From an uncultured Candidatus Binatia bacterium (lineage in GTDB: Bacteria; Desulfobacterota; Binatia; UBA9968; JAJDTQ01), in assembly GCA_965242525.1 (NCBI GenBank), contig OZ251459.1:3808001-3872000 (forward strand): a stretch of DNA of 64,000 bases, in the 5' to 3' direction. A model generated the notes under the pieces. The model searched no databases, was not told where the DNA came from, and saw only the letters and a list, made by a program, of their open reading frames with translations. This document shows positions 19,823 to 30,340 of this stretch, piece by piece. Numbering within the stretch: the stretch's first letter is position 1; each line of letters begins with the position of its first letter. A program made the translations under genes and the position numbers.

Positions 19823-21076
19823 ATGGGAAACCGCAACGGACGCAGAGTGGTCGTTACCGGCATGGGGATGTTGACTCCCCTGGGTATCGGGGTGGAAGCC
19901 AACTGGGAAGCCATACGGGCGGGACGCTCGGGCATCGGCCCCATCACCCGGTTCGACGGCGTCGAGTCGTTCTCGAGCCGGATCGCCGGCGAGATCGACG
20001 GCTTCGAACCCCAGGACTTCATCGATGCGAGAGAAGTCAAGAAGATGGACCTGTTCATGCAGTACGCCATGGCCGCGGCCCAACTGGCGGTGGAGGACGG
20101 CGGCTTCTCGGTCAGCGACGACGAGGCGTTTCGCGCCGGGGCCATCGTGGGCGTGGGGTTCTGCGGCATCTCTACCATCGAGCACTACTACGAGGTCTAT
20201 CTGAAGCAGGGTCCGCGCAAGATATCCCCCTTCTTCATCCCCAAGGTCATCTCGAACCTGGCGCCGGGCCAGATCGCCATCCGTTACGGCCTGAAGGGGG
20301 TCAACTGGACGCCCACCTCCGCGTGCGCGTCGGGCAACAACGCCCTGGGAGAGGCGTTCCGGCTGATCCGGGAAGGACTGCAGGACGCGGTCATCGCCGG
20401 CGGCGCCGAGGCCGCCACCACCCCCCTGGGAGTGGGAGGGTTCAGCGCCATGAAGGCCCTGTCCACGCGCAACGACGAACCGGAACGGGCCAGCCGCCCC
20501 TTCGACAAGGACCGGGACGGCTTCGTCATCGCGGAAGGCGCGGGCATCCTGGTGCTGGAAGAGCGGGAACGCGCCGTGCGCCGGGGCGCCCGGATCTACG
20601 CGGAGATGGTCGGCTACGGCACCAACGGGGACGCCTACCACATCACCTCCCCCTCGCCGGAGGGCGAAGGGGCCGCCCGCTGCATGGCGCTGACCCTGGA
20701 AGACGCGGGCGTCGACCCGGCCGACGTGGACTACGTCAACGCCCACGGCACCTCCACGCCCTACAACGACGCCAACGAGACCGCGGCCATCAAGCAGGTA
20801 TTCGGCGACCATGCCCGGGACCTGCCGGTGAGCTCCACCAAGTCCATGACCGGCCATCTCCTGGGCGCGGCCGGGGCGGTGGAGGCCATCTACAGCGTGC
20901 TCGCGCTGCACCACGGAGTGCTGCCGCCCACCATCAACTACCACACGCCCGACCCGGAATGCGACCTCGACTACGTACCCAACGAGCCCCGCGACGCGGC
21001 CATCCGGGTGGCCCTTTCCAACTCCTTCGGATTCGGCGGCACCAACGCGTGCATCCTGCTCAGGAAGGCATCATGA
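19823..21076 (+). CDS. fabF: 3-oxoacyl-ACP synthase II
   Basis: [43 protein letters not shown]. Confidence 0.95.
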   Translation: MGNRNGRRVVVTGMGMLTPLGIGVEANWEAIRAGRSGIGPITRFDGVESFSSRIAGEIDGFEPQDFIDAREVKKMDLFMQYAMAAAQLAVEDGGFSVSDDEAFRAGAIVGVGFCGISTIEHYYEVYLKQGPRKISPFFIPKVISNLAPGQIAIRYGLKGVNWTPTSACASGNNALGEAFRLIREGLQDAVIAGGAEAATTPLGVGGFSAMKALSTRNDEPERASRPFDKDRDGFVIAEGAGILVLEERERAVRRGARIYAEMVGYGTNGDAYHITSPSPEGEGAARCMALTLEDAGVDPADVDYVNAHGTSTPYNDANETAAIKQVFGDHARDLPVSSTKSMTGHLLGAAGAVEAIYSVLALHHGVLPPTINYHTPDPECDLDYVPNEPRDAAIRVALSNSFGFGGTNACILLRKAS

Positions 21077-22068
21077 CACCAACAGCACCGCGAAGCGTCA
21101 TACTGGGCACGGGCTCCGCCGTTCCCTCCACGGTGGTCACCAACGACGACATCGCCAGGATCGTCGATACCAGCGACGAGTGGATCACCACCCGCACGGG
21201 CATCAAGGAACGGCGGGTGCTGGAGCAGGACCAGGCCGGCTCGGACCTTGCGCAGCGCGCTTCGGAGTTGGCGCTGGAAGACGCCGGCCTCCGGGCCGAC
21301 GAACTCGAAGCCATCATCGTCGGCACCTGCACGCCGGACTACATGTTCCCCAGCCTGGCCTGCGTCCTCGAAGCCAAGCTGGGGGCCAGGGAGGTGTTCT
21401 CGTTCGACGTGAACGCCGCCTGCTCGGGGTTCCTGAACGCGCTTTCGGTGGGCGACATGTTCATCCGGTCCGGGCGGGTGCGCAACACGCTGGTGGTGGG
21501 CAGCGACGTGCTGAGCCGCTTCCTGGACTGGCAGGACCGCAGCACCTGCATCCTCTTCGGCGACGCGGCCGGGGCCGCGGTGCTGGGCGCCGCGGACGAC
21601 GGGGACCGGGGCATCCTCAGCACCCGGCTGCAGACCGACGGCTCCTACGCCGAGACCCTCTACATACGGGCCGGGGGCGCCAAGCGGCCGGCCACCGCGG
21701 AGACCGTGGAGAACCGCGAGCATTCCATCTACATGAACGGCAAGGAGGTCTTCAAGGTGGCGGTCCGGTCCATGGAGGAGATCAGCCGCCGGGTCCTCGA
21801 CGAAGCCCGGCTGTGCGTGGACGACGTGTCCCTGGTGGTCCCCCACCAGGCCAACCGGAGGATCATCGCCGCCCTGGCCTCCCGGCTCGGCATCCCCATG
21901 GAGAAGGTCATCGTCAACGTGCACCGGTACGGCAACACCTCCGCGGCGTCCGTGCCCGTGGCCCTGGACGAGGTCCGCCGGGAGGGCCGCATCGCTCCCG
22001 GCGACGTGGTCCTCCTCAACGCCTTCGGCGCCGGCTTCGCCTGGGGCGCTTCCGTCATCCGGTTCTGA
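21073..22068 (+). CDS. fabH: 3-oxoacyl-ACP synthase III
   Basis: [37 protein letters not shown]. Confidence 0.95.
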   Translation: MTPTAPRSVILGTGSAVPSTVVTNDDIARIVDTSDEWITTRTGIKERRVLEQDQAGSDLAQRASELALEDAGLRADELEAIIVGTCTPDYMFPSLACVLEAKLGAREVFSFDVNAACSGFLNALSVGDMFIRSGRVRNTLVVGSDVLSRFLDWQDRSTCILFGDAAGAAVLGAADDGDRGILSTRLQTDGSYAETLYIRAGGAKRPATAETVENREHSIYMNGKEVFKVAVRSMEEISRRVLDEARLCVDDVSLVVPHQANRRIIAALASRLGIPMEKVIVNVHRYGNTSAASVPVALDEVRREGRIAPGDVVLLNAFGAGFAWGASVIRF

Positions 22069-22101
22069 CCCCGCGCCCCTGCCGGAACCCGCGTCCCTCC
22101 C

Positions 22102-22968
22102 GTGATCCCGGCCGAAGCCTTCGCGCTCGCCTGCGGGCTCTTCACCGCCGTCAACCTGACCCTGCTCAAGAAGGGGATGGCCCACGGCAACCCCGTCACC
22201 GCCATCGTCGTCTCCCTGGCCATCAACGTGGTGACCTTCTGGAGCTTCGTCTTCGTGGCGCTCCCCGTGGACGAGATCCTGCGCCCCGAACTGTTGCTCT
22301 TCGTGCTGGTGGGCCTCATCCAGCCCGGCGGCACCCGTTTCCTCGCCTACGTCAGCGTCGAGAAGGTGGGCGTGGCGGTCACTGCGCCGCTGCGGGCCAC
22401 CACTCCGCTGTTCTCTTCCCTGCTGGCCATCGCGGTCCTGGGCGAGCAGCTCACTCCCTCGGTGGCCGCGGGCACGGCCCTGGTGGTATGCGGCGTCGCC
22501 CTGCTCAGCATGAGGGAGGAGAAGACCGGCGCATGGCGCAACGTCTTCGTCGCCCTGCCGTTGCTGAGCGCGTTCGTGGCCGGCTCCACCCAGGTCATCC
22601 GCAAGATCGGCCTGGCCCGGATCGCCCTGCCCATCCTGGGCGCCGCGGTGACCACCGGAACGTCCTTCGTCGCGGTGGCGCTGTCCCTGCTGGTCTCGCG
22701 GAAATGGTCCATGGTCCGGTTCGACCGCGCCTCCCTGGGCTATTTCGTCCTGGCCGGCTGCGCGGTGACCCTGGGCGTCGCCAGCGTCTATATGTCCCTG
22801 TACCTGTCGGACGTGGTCATCGTGGCGCCGCTGGCGAGCCTCAGCCCGCTCTACAGCCTGGCCCTCTCCGCATTGTTCCTGCGCGAGGTCGAGGTCATCA
22901 CCGTCCGCCGCGTGGCCGCGGCCGCCCTCATCGTCCTGGGAGTCGTGCTCATCACCGCGCTGCGGTGA
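22102..22968 (+). CDS. EamA/DMT family transporter
   Basis: About 10 hydrophobic helices in two repeats, LGE/LRE motifs. Confidence 0.8.
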   Translation: MIPAEAFALACGLFTAVNLTLLKKGMAHGNPVTAIVVSLAINVVTFWSFVFVALPVDEILRPELLLFVLVGLIQPGGTRFLAYVSVEKVGVAVTAPLRATTPLFSSLLAIAVLGEQLTPSVAAGTALVVCGVALLSMREEKTGAWRNVFVALPLLSAFVAGSTQVIRKIGLARIALPILGAAVTTGTSFVAVALSLLVSRKWSMVRFDRASLGYFVLAGCAVTLGVASVYMSLYLSDVVIVAPLASLSPLYSLALSALFLREVEVITVRRVAAAALIVLGVVLITALR

Positions 22969-22971
22969 ACC

Positions 22972-23085
22972 GGGAACTCCGAACGACCATCCCCTTTCAT
23001 CCTGAGCGTAGCGGCCAACTCCCCCGTTCGTCCTGAGCGTAGCGAAGCGAAGTCGAAGGACGCGCTTTCCCACAGGGAGAGGTTG
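22972..23085. repeat. Family A repeat copy with partial internal duplication
   Basis: TCCTGAGCGTAGCG occurs twice, followed by AAGCGAAGTCGAAGGACGCGCTTTCCCACAGGGAGA. Confidence 0.75.
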
Positions 23086-23172
23086 GGAAGTGGCCGCGGA
23101 TCCGGCAGGAGGGGGCCGCGGGTGTTGAAAATCCGCGCCCGCCGGGTCACATTCCGCTACCGGGAGGTGGCC

Positions 23173-23805
23173 ATGAGACAGGTACTGAGCGAGCACGTGC
23201 CCTACAACAGCGGTTGGGTCAGGGACCTCGGGAAGGGGCAGGTCATCCGCATCATCGGGACCACCACCGTGGACTTCCTGGTGCTGGACCGGCACAACCT
23301 GCGGGAGAGGTTCGACCAGGCCCGCACCAAGGTCTATAACGGCAAGATCTTCCTGAGCACCGGCGACAAGCTCATGTCCCGGGACAACCGGCACTTCATG
23401 ACCATACTGGCGGACACCTTCGAGGAAGGGACCCACGACCTGCAGAAGGGCATGTGCAGCGGCCGCCGCTTCCGGCTCGCCAAAGAGGAGGGCCGGCTGC
23501 GGGAGTACTACCACCGGGACTACGACGACGGCGAGATCCCGGACCACGGCTGCTGGGAGAACCTGTCCGGGGTGCTCGCGCCTTACGGCATCGCCCCGGA
23601 GGACGTCCCGAGCCCGTTCAACATCTTCCAGCACATGATCATCGACGGCAGGACCGGGCTCATGCAGCACACGAGCATCCGGCCGAAGACCCCGGCCCAC
23701 GTGGACCTGCGCGCGGAGAGGGACCTGCTGGCGGCCTTCAGCGCGTGCCCGGACATGCCCGTGGGGGGCAAGCCGGTGGACGTGGAGATCTTCGAAGAGG
23801 ATTGA
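23173..23805 (+). CDS. DUF1989 / urea carboxylase-associated family protein
   Basis: GQVIRI..VDF, HDL..MC, GCWENL, PFNIF, DLLAAFSACP. Confidence 0.8.
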   Translation: MRQVLSEHVPYNSGWVRDLGKGQVIRIIGTTTVDFLVLDRHNLRERFDQARTKVYNGKIFLSTGDKLMSRDNRHFMTILADTFEEGTHDLQKGMCSGRRFRLAKEEGRLREYYHRDYDDGEIPDHGCWENLSGVLAPYGIAPEDVPSPFNIFQHMIIDGRTGLMQHTSIRPKTPAHVDLRAERDLLAAFSACPDMPVGGKPVDVEIFEED

Positions 23806-23823
23806 GGCGGCGGGGTACGGGAC

Positions 23824-24492
23824 CTACTCGAACCCCATGCGGCGGCCCCAGTTGGCGGGGTCCTTGAGGAAATCGACGATATGGTCCCTGCTCTCGTCCG
23901 AGAAGAATCGGGTCTCCGCGCCCGCGCTCAGCACGTCGTCCCAGTTGGACAAGGTGTGGAGGCCGATCTCGTGGTCGGCGAGGTTCTTCTTCCCCTCGTG
24001 CAGGTCCAGCTCGTCGGAGCTGTACTCGAAGACGCAGAGGCAATGGGTGATCCGCGCCTTCTGCGCGCGGACGCCGATGTTGAACCGGAGCTTGCTGAAC
24101 CCGTCGGTCACCAGGTCTTCCACCAGAGTGACCCGCTGGCCCTCGCCCAGGACCCCTTCGATCTGGTTGGTCTGCCCGTAGCCCTTGGGGTTCTTGCGGA
24201 TGTAGATCATGGGCTTGCGCAGGTAGTGGGACACGAAGGCGGCGTACGGGATGCCCGCGGTCTCCCCGCCGGCCACCACGTCCATGTTGTCGAGGCCGAT
24301 GTCACGGCGCGCGATCTGGGCCAACGCCTCCAGAATCTCGTCCCGCGCCTCCGGGAAGGACAGCAGCCGCCGGCAGTCGATATAGACCGGCGACACCCTG
24401 CCCGAGACGAACACGAACGGCCGATCCCGATATACCTGGATGGATTGCGTGCTCAGCAGTAGCTGGGCGATTCTCTTTCCGGTCTCGGACAT
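23824..24492 (-). CDS. pyrE: Orotate phosphoribosyltransferase
   Basis: SGRVSPVYIDCR, GGETAGIP, YIRK.PKGYG, LVEDLVTDG. Confidence 0.88.
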   Translation of the reverse strand: MSETGKRIAQLLLSTQSIQVYRDRPFVFVSGRVSPVYIDCRRLLSFPEARDEILEALAQIARRDIGLDNMDVVAGGETAGIPYAAFVSHYLRKPMIYIRKNPKGYGQTNQIEGVLGEGQRVTLVEDLVTDGFSKLRFNIGVRAQKARITHCLCVFEYSSDELDLHEGKKNLADHEIGLHTLSNWDDVLSAGAETRFFSDESRDHIVDFLKDPANWGRRMGFE

Positions 24493-24530
24493 GGTTCCGT
24501 GGATAGCGGTCAGCAGTAATGTCTGAAAAG

Positions 24531-24613
24531 TGCCGGCTTCCCTGTGGAAAGGGCGTCCTTCGACTTCGCTTCGCTACGCTCAGGACGAACGGAGGAGGTT
24601 GTTCGGGGTTTCC
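24531..24613. repeat. Family A repeat copy, reverse orientation
   Basis: CGTCCTTCGACTTCGCTTCGCTACGCTCAGGACGAACGG...GTTCGGGGTTTCC. Confidence 0.75.
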
Positions 24614-24729
24614 GTCTGCCCCAACTGCCGGTGGGCTTATAGCACGGCCCTTGTCCCGTTGCCAACCGTTGTTTCCGGCCGCTTTCCTTTGTTACCATGC
24701 AGGGCGCTTCGGACCTTTCGAGTGGATGG

Positions 24730-25989
24730 ATGGAAGTCCCCGGGATCAACGAGGAGAGGCTCCTCCGGGACCTCAACGCGGTGTCGCGCATCGGGTTGGG
24801 CGAGGGCGGCTCGGTCACGCGGCTGGCGTTCTCGGCCCATGAGATGCGAGCCCGGCAACTGCTGGTCCACCTGATGCGCCGGGCCGGCCTCCATGTCCGC
24901 GTGGACGCGGTGGGCAACGTCTTCGGGCGCCTGCCCGGGACCCGGGAAGGACCCGCGGTGCTGGCCGGGTCGCACCTCGATTCCGTGGTCCGGGGGGGGA
25001 GGTTCGACGGCCCGGTGGGGGTCATCGGCGCCCTCGAAGCGGTCAGGACCCTCAAGGAAAACGACGTGCGGCTGCCCGCGCCGCTGGAGAGCGTCTGTTT
25101 CGTGGGGGAGGAATCCAGCCGTTTCGGGTTCGCCACCCTGGGCAGCAGCCTGGTGGCGGGCGAGGTCGCCATGGACGACTTCGCCAACGCGGTGGACGCC
25201 AACGGCGCCCGCCTGGAAGACGTGCTTGCGGGTCTGGGCGTCCACCGGGAGAATCTGGACTCCCTGAAACGCGACCCCGGGACCGTCAAGGCATACTTCG
25301 AGCTCCACGTCGAGCAGGGTCCCGTCCTCGAGTCCCGGCGGAAGAAGGTCGGGGTGGTCACCGCCATCGCCGCGCCGCGCCGGTTCCGGGTGGTCTTCCA
25401 CGGCCATACGGACCACAGCGGCGCCACTCCCATGGAGATGCGCAAGGACGCCCTGGTGGCCGCGGCGCGCCTCATCACCTGCGTGGACGAGGTGTGCCGG
25501 GAACACGCGGCCAGGGACCGGGGCGGGGTGGTGGGCACCGTGGGCGCGGTCGAGGTGGAGCCGGGGGTCATCAACGCCATACCCGGAAGGGTGGAGCTCC
25601 TGGTGGACGTGCGCAGCGTGGTCGCCGCGTCCAAGCGGAAGGCGGCAAGGCGGATCGAGGGCCAGGCGCGGCGTATCGCCCGGGAGCGGGGCATGGAGGT
25701 CGAGATACGGACCATCCGGGACGAGGACCCGGTGGCGCTGCACCCGCGGTCGATCGCGCTCGTCCGCTCCGCCTGCGAGGAAAGAGGCGTCCCCTTCGAG
25801 GTCATGCCCTCGGGCGCGGGCCACGACGCCATGCAGATGGCCAAGGTCACGCCCACCGGCATGATCTTCATCCCCAGCGTGGACGGGGTGAGCCACAACC
25901 CCGCGGAATGGACCGACCCGGAGGACGTCTGCCTGGGGACCCAGCTCCTGGCGGACACCCTCGCGCGAGCCGCTCATGCCACGATCTGA
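24730..25989 (+). CDS. Zn-dependent M20 amidohydrolase (allantoate amidohydrolase / N-carbamoyl-amino acid hydrolase family)
   Basis: GSHLDSV..GGRFDG, EESSRF, ELHVEQG, HSGATPM, SGAGHDA, SHNPAE. Confidence 0.9.
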   Translation: MEVPGINEERLLRDLNAVSRIGLGEGGSVTRLAFSAHEMRARQLLVHLMRRAGLHVRVDAVGNVFGRLPGTREGPAVLAGSHLDSVVRGGRFDGPVGVIGALEAVRTLKENDVRLPAPLESVCFVGEESSRFGFATLGSSLVAGEVAMDDFANAVDANGARLEDVLAGLGVHRENLDSLKRDPGTVKAYFELHVEQGPVLESRRKKVGVVTAIAAPRRFRVVFHGHTDHSGATPMEMRKDALVAAARLITCVDEVCREHAARDRGGVVGTVGAVEVEPGVINAIPGRVELLVDVRSVVAASKRKAARRIEGQARRIARERGMEVEIRTIRDEDPVALHPRSIALVRSACEERGVPFEVMPSGAGHDAMQMAKVTPTGMIFIPSVDGVSHNPAEWTDPEDVCLGTQLLADTLARAAHATI

Positions 25990-26542
25990 ACCGAAGAAGA
26001 ACAAGCCGACGAGGAAACCGACGAAGAGGACCCTCGGCGGGGCCGGCGTCAAGAGGCTCCTCGCGGGCCTTGCCGCGCGCATATGGGAGGATCTCGGGGA
26101 CGCCCGCTCCCTGGCCTTCGTCGGCGTGCGGACCCGGGGCCCGGTCCTGGCCCGGCGGGTGGCCGGCGTCCTGGAGGAAAAACACGGCCTGGCGGTTCCC
26201 GTGGGGGACCTCGACGTCGCCCTGTACCGCGACGACCTGGACGCGCTGCTGCCCAAGGGACGCATCGACGCCACGAGGGTCCCTTTCGACGTCGCCGACA
26301 AGACCCTGGTCCTGTTCGACGACGTGCTCCATACCGGGCGCACCGTCCGCGCCGCCCTGGACCACCTCATGGCCTTGGGGCGGCCCAGGGCCGTCTTCCT
26401 CGCCGTCCTCGTGGACCGCGGCGGACGGGAGCTTCCCGTCGAGGCGCGCTTCGTCGGAAAGAAGGTCGAGTTGCCCGAGGGAGGAGACGTGCGGGTGAGG
26501 CTGGCGGAGACCGACCGGGTGGACGAAGTGGTGGTGTCCTGA
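25976..26542 (+). CDS. pyrR: PyrR pyrimidine regulator / uracil phosphoribosyltransferase
   Basis: GVRTRG, LDVALYRDD, DDVLHTGRT.RAALD, LVDRGGRELP. Confidence 0.88.
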   Translation: MPRSEPKKNKPTRKPTKRTLGGAGVKRLLAGLAARIWEDLGDARSLAFVGVRTRGPVLARRVAGVLEEKHGLAVPVGDLDVALYRDDLDALLPKGRIDATRVPFDVADKTLVLFDDVLHTGRTVRAALDHLMALGRPRAVFLAVLVDRGGRELPVEARFVGKKVELPEGGDVRVRLAETDRVDEVVVS

Positions 26543-26660
26543 CGGCCCCGGCAACCCGGCCGTACCCCTTGGCCGTTACCGCTTGACATTATGGCCGCAA
26601 TAGTCGTAGAAGGCACGGTTTGATCGTTCTCGGCCCTCTTTCCCGCGCCCATCGGAGCCC

Positions 26661-27491
26661 ATGAACAACGCACCGGAACTACCCGTGGAAAGCGCCCAGG
26701 ACCCGTCGTTCGCGGCGTCCCTGAAGGGCGTCTATGACCGCCACCGCATCGGGCTCAATTTCTGCGTCTCCATGGCGCTGGCCTTGGCGCTGTGGGAGTT
26801 CGTGGACTACGTCTTCAACGACCCGGACTTCTTTACCGGACCCGTCGCGGTGATCATCGAGTACGGGGTCCTGGTCCAGGAACCGCGATTCTGGGAGCAC
26901 ATCCGGTACAGCGGCACCGAGTTGATCTACGGCTTCAGCTTGGCCGTGGGACTGGGAGTCTTCATCGGCGCGGCGGTGGCCTTCAGCCGCACCCTGGACG
27001 AGATGTTCTCGCCCATACTCGTGGGACTCTACGCCACCCCGCGTTCGGTGGCGGCGCCGCTGTTCATCATCTGGCTGGGTCTCGGCATCGCCTCGAAGGT
27101 CGGGGTCATCACCCTTGCCTCGGTCTTCCCCGTGATCATCAATACCCAGGCCGGCATCAAGAACGTCCAGGGCGAGTTCCGCATGCTGGGGCGGGCCTTC
27201 AACGTCTCCTTCTGGTCCATGCTGGTGAAGATCATCGTGCCGGGGTCGCTGCCGTTCCTGATCGCGGGGCTGAGGCTCGGCTACTCGCGGTCCGTGGTCA
27301 CCATCATGGTGGCGGAGCTCTTCGGGGCCGAGGCCGGGATCGGCTACATGATCGACCACGCCACCCAGACGTTCCACGTGGCGGAGATGATGGTGGGCAT
27401 CTCGCTCCTGACCATGATGGGCATCGCCGGCAACGAGATCCTGAAGTTCATCGAGCGGTGGGCCACCCCCTACCGGAAGACCCTGGTCTGA
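26661..27491 (+). CDS. ABC transporter permease (NitT/TauT family)
   Basis: APLFIIWLG, PGSLPFLIAGLRL, AELFGA..GIG. Confidence 0.88.
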   Translation: MNNAPELPVESAQDPSFAASLKGVYDRHRIGLNFCVSMALALALWEFVDYVFNDPDFFTGPVAVIIEYGVLVQEPRFWEHIRYSGTELIYGFSLAVGLGVFIGAAVAFSRTLDEMFSPILVGLYATPRSVAAPLFIIWLGLGIASKVGVITLASVFPVIINTQAGIKNVQGEFRMLGRAFNVSFWSMLVKIIVPGSLPFLIAGLRLGYSRSVVTIMVAELFGAEAGIGYMIDHATQTFHVAEMMVGISLLTMMGIAGNEILKFIERWATPYRKTLV

Positions 27492-27506
27492 GTCGAAGGC
27501 GGACCG

Positions 27507-28292
27507 ATGGAAGTCCTGAAGAACCTGTACGAAACGCAGCGCAGGTGGATCAACGCCGTGATCGGCCTTGCCATCGTCACGGCCTTCTGGTCGTTCGCCA
27601 ACTGGCAGGTGAACAGCGAGCTGTTCTTCGTGGGGCCGTGGCGGGTGGTCACCTACACCTGGCAGATCTTCGCCAGCGGCGAGATCCTGGACGACCTGCG
27701 CATCAGCGGCATCGAGTTCTTCTGGGGCTACGGCGTGGCCGCGGCCGCGGGCATCGGCTTCGGCATGGTCTTCGGCATCAGCCGGATCTTCCGGGAGTTC
27801 TTCGACCCCTGGCTCAGCGCCCTCTACGCCACGCCGTCGGTGGCCCTGGCCCCGCTCATCATCATCTGGTTCGGCGTGGACCTGACCGCCAAGATCGTCA
27901 TCGTGCTCATCACCGCGGTGATCCCCATCGTCCTGAACACCTATACCGGGGTGATGAGCGTGGGCAAGGAGTTCCAGACCCTGGCCAACTCGTTCTGCAT
28001 CCCCAGGAACCAGATCCTCTACAAGATCCTCATCCCCGGTTCGCTGCCCTACATCGTGACCGGCCTCCGTCTCGGCATCTCCCGGGGGATCGTGGGAGTG
28101 GTGGTGGGCGAGTACTTCGGCGCCCACGCCGGGCTGGGCTACCAGTTGTTCAAGGGGCTGGACACCTACAACATGCCCCTCATGATGTCGTGCGCCGCCA
28201 TGCTCGCAGGCACCGGCGTGGTCTTCAACCAGGTCATCCTCGTGGTGGAGCGGTGGATGGCGCCGTGGCGTGACAGCCAGTTACAGGAGTAG
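27507..28292 (+). CDS. ABC transporter permease (NitT/TauT family)
   Basis: APLIIIWFG, PGSLPYIVTGLRL, GEYFGA..GLG. Confidence 0.88.
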   Translation: MEVLKNLYETQRRWINAVIGLAIVTAFWSFANWQVNSELFFVGPWRVVTYTWQIFASGEILDDLRISGIEFFWGYGVAAAAGIGFGMVFGISRIFREFFDPWLSALYATPSVALAPLIIIWFGVDLTAKIVIVLITAVIPIVLNTYTGVMSVGKEFQTLANSFCIPRNQILYKILIPGSLPYIVTGLRLGISRGIVGVVVGEYFGAHAGLGYQLFKGLDTYNMPLMMSCAAMLAGTGVVFNQVILVVERWMAPWRDSQLQE

Positions 28293-28295
28293 TCC

Positions 28296-29087
28296 GTGTC
28301 GTCGTCGATCCAGGTAGAACAGATACACAAGGTGTTCATCAAGCCCACCGGGGAGACCGTCCATGCCGTGGGAGGCATCGACATGGACCTCCGGCCGGGG
28401 ACGTTCTATTCGTTCGTGGGACCCAGCGGCTGCGGCAAGACCACGCTGCTGCACATGATCCACGGCCTGCTGCCTCCCACCAAGGGCCGCGTGCTCCTCA
28501 ACGGGGATGAGGTCACCGGCCCGACCCCCAACAAGGCGGTGGTGTTCCAGCAGGCCCTGCTGCTGCCGTGGCGCAACGTCACCGACAACATCAAGTTCGG
28601 CATCGAGAACGACCGCGGCAAGTCCTCCACCGAGAAGCGGGAGATCTGCGACAAATACACGCAGATCGTCGGGCTGCGGGGTTTCGAGGGCCACTACCCC
28701 CACGAGCTTTCCGGCGGCATGCAGCAGCGGGTGAACCTTGCCCGCGCCTTGGCCGTGGACCCGGAAATCCTCCTGATGGACGAGCCCTTCGCCTCGCTGG
28801 ACGCCCAGACCCGCCTGCTCATGCAGGAGGAGCTCCAGCGCATGGTGGACTGGAAGAACTCCGGCAAGATCGTCATCTTCGTGACCCACGACATCGAGGA
28901 GGCCGTGTTCCTCTCGGACGTGGTGTTCTGCTTCAGCTTCCGGCCGGGGCGGATCATGAAGGAGATCAAGGTGCCCTTCCCCACGCCCCGGACCCTGCGG
29001 GTGAAGGAAGAGGCGGAGTTCCTGCAGATCAAGCACGACATCTGGGAGCTGTTGGCGGACGAGGCGCGCAAGGCCATGGAGGAATGA
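28296..29087 (+). CDS. ABC transporter ATP-binding protein (NitT/TauT family)
   Basis: GPSGCGKT, LSGGMQQR, LMDEPF, VTHDIEEA. Confidence 0.93.
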   Translation: MSSSIQVEQIHKVFIKPTGETVHAVGGIDMDLRPGTFYSFVGPSGCGKTTLLHMIHGLLPPTKGRVLLNGDEVTGPTPNKAVVFQQALLLPWRNVTDNIKFGIENDRGKSSTEKREICDKYTQIVGLRGFEGHYPHELSGGMQQRVNLARALAVDPEILLMDEPFASLDAQTRLLMQEELQRMVDWKNSGKIVIFVTHDIEEAVFLSDVVFCFSFRPGRIMKEIKVPFPTPRTLRVKEEAEFLQIKHDIWELLADEARKAMEE

Positions 29088-29214
29088 ACGGACGCGCGCC
29101 GCAACGCCGACCCGCAGGAACCCCCATCGAACGGGCGAGGATGAAGCAGTAGGGACGTCGAACGGCATGGCTGCCAACGTCATTCGGAGCAGCCCCCAAC
29201 CAGGGAGGAGAACG

Positions 29215-30237
29215 ATGAAGTCCAGGTGTATCGCAAAGGGAATCGTCGCCGCCTTCGTAGGCGCGGCGCTGTCATGGGGCGGTCCGGCGCTCGCGCTGGA
29301 GAAGCTCCGCATCCCGGTGGCGCAGACCAACTCCACCACCGCGCTGGTGGAACAGGTGGCCATCAACAAAGGCTGGTTCAAGGAGATCGGATACGACGCC
29401 AAGGTCTATTCGGTGTCGGGCGGCGAGCAAGCCGCGGTCCTGGCGCTGGAAAGGGGCCAGCTCCCGTTCTTCGGCTCGGACGACAACATCCCGCTGGCCA
29501 TTCGCCCGGGCAGCAACATCCGCATCGTCGGCACCGAGGTCAACACGCTGCCGTACTGGCTGGTGGGCGGAAAGCACGTCAAGTCCTACAAGGACCTGCC
29601 GCGGCCCGTGAAGGTCGGCATCAGCTCGCCCACCTCGTCCAACGTCTATGTGTCCCTCAAGCTGCTGCAGGCGGCCGGCATCCCGGAGAAGGACACCCGC
29701 CTGGTCAAGGTCGGCGGATCGTCGGCGCGGCTGGCGGGGGTGAAGGCCGGCAAGATCGACGTGGGTTCGCTGACGTTCGGCAAGATGCTGGTGGCCCGGG
29801 AAGCGGGGTTGACCGTCCTCGGCGGCGCGGAACAGTTCGCCAAGGAGTACGCCTTCCTGCAGCTCGCCATGAACAAGAACTACATCAAGGACGAGCCGGA
29901 AAAGGCCACCGCCATCTTCGGCACGCTCATTCGCGGCTGCGCCTACGTGAACGACCCCAAGAACGGGGAAGATGTGGTGGACATCTATACCAGGGTGATG
30001 CGCAACAAGCCGCACATCGCCAAGCAGATGTACGAGATCGAGGTCCTGGAGCAGGGGAGCATACCGGACCGGTGCCAAGCCACCGCAAAGGGGATCCAGG
30101 CGTACATCGATTCGGCCTTCTGGACCAAGTCCATCCCGGCCGACACCAAGGTCCCGCCCATCGACCAGATCATGATGCAGGACTTCTACGACAAGGCCCT
30201 GGCCTGGTACAACAACAAGGGCTGGATGAAGAACTAG
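29215..30237 (+). CDS. ABC substrate-binding protein (NMT1/SsuA-like)
   Basis: Signal peptide ending ALA; GGAGG RBS; position in NitT/TauT operon. Confidence 0.8.
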   Translation: MKSRCIAKGIVAAFVGAALSWGGPALALEKLRIPVAQTNSTTALVEQVAINKGWFKEIGYDAKVYSVSGGEQAAVLALERGQLPFFGSDDNIPLAIRPGSNIRIVGTEVNTLPYWLVGGKHVKSYKDLPRPVKVGISSPTSSNVYVSLKLLQAAGIPEKDTRLVKVGGSSARLAGVKAGKIDVGSLTFGKMLVAREAGLTVLGGAEQFAKEYAFLQLAMNKNYIKDEPEKATAIFGTLIRGCAYVNDPKNGEDVVDIYTRVMRNKPHIAKQMYEIEVLEQGSIPDRCQATAKGIQAYIDSAFWTKSIPADTKVPPIDQIMMQDFYDKALAWYNNKGWMKN

Positions 30238-30266
30238 GCCGGACGGTCCGCGCCTTCGGCCTGCCG

Positions 30267-30316
30267 GAAAAAGGGCTCCTCCCGATGCCGCGAGACATCG
30301 GGAGGAGCCCTTTCTT
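30267..30316. terminator. Bidirectional terminator between convergent genes
   Basis: AAAGGGCTCCTCCCGATG-loop-CATCGGGAGGAGCCCTTT. Confidence 0.8.
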
Positions 30317-30340
30317 CATGGAGCGTCTCCCCGGACGGGC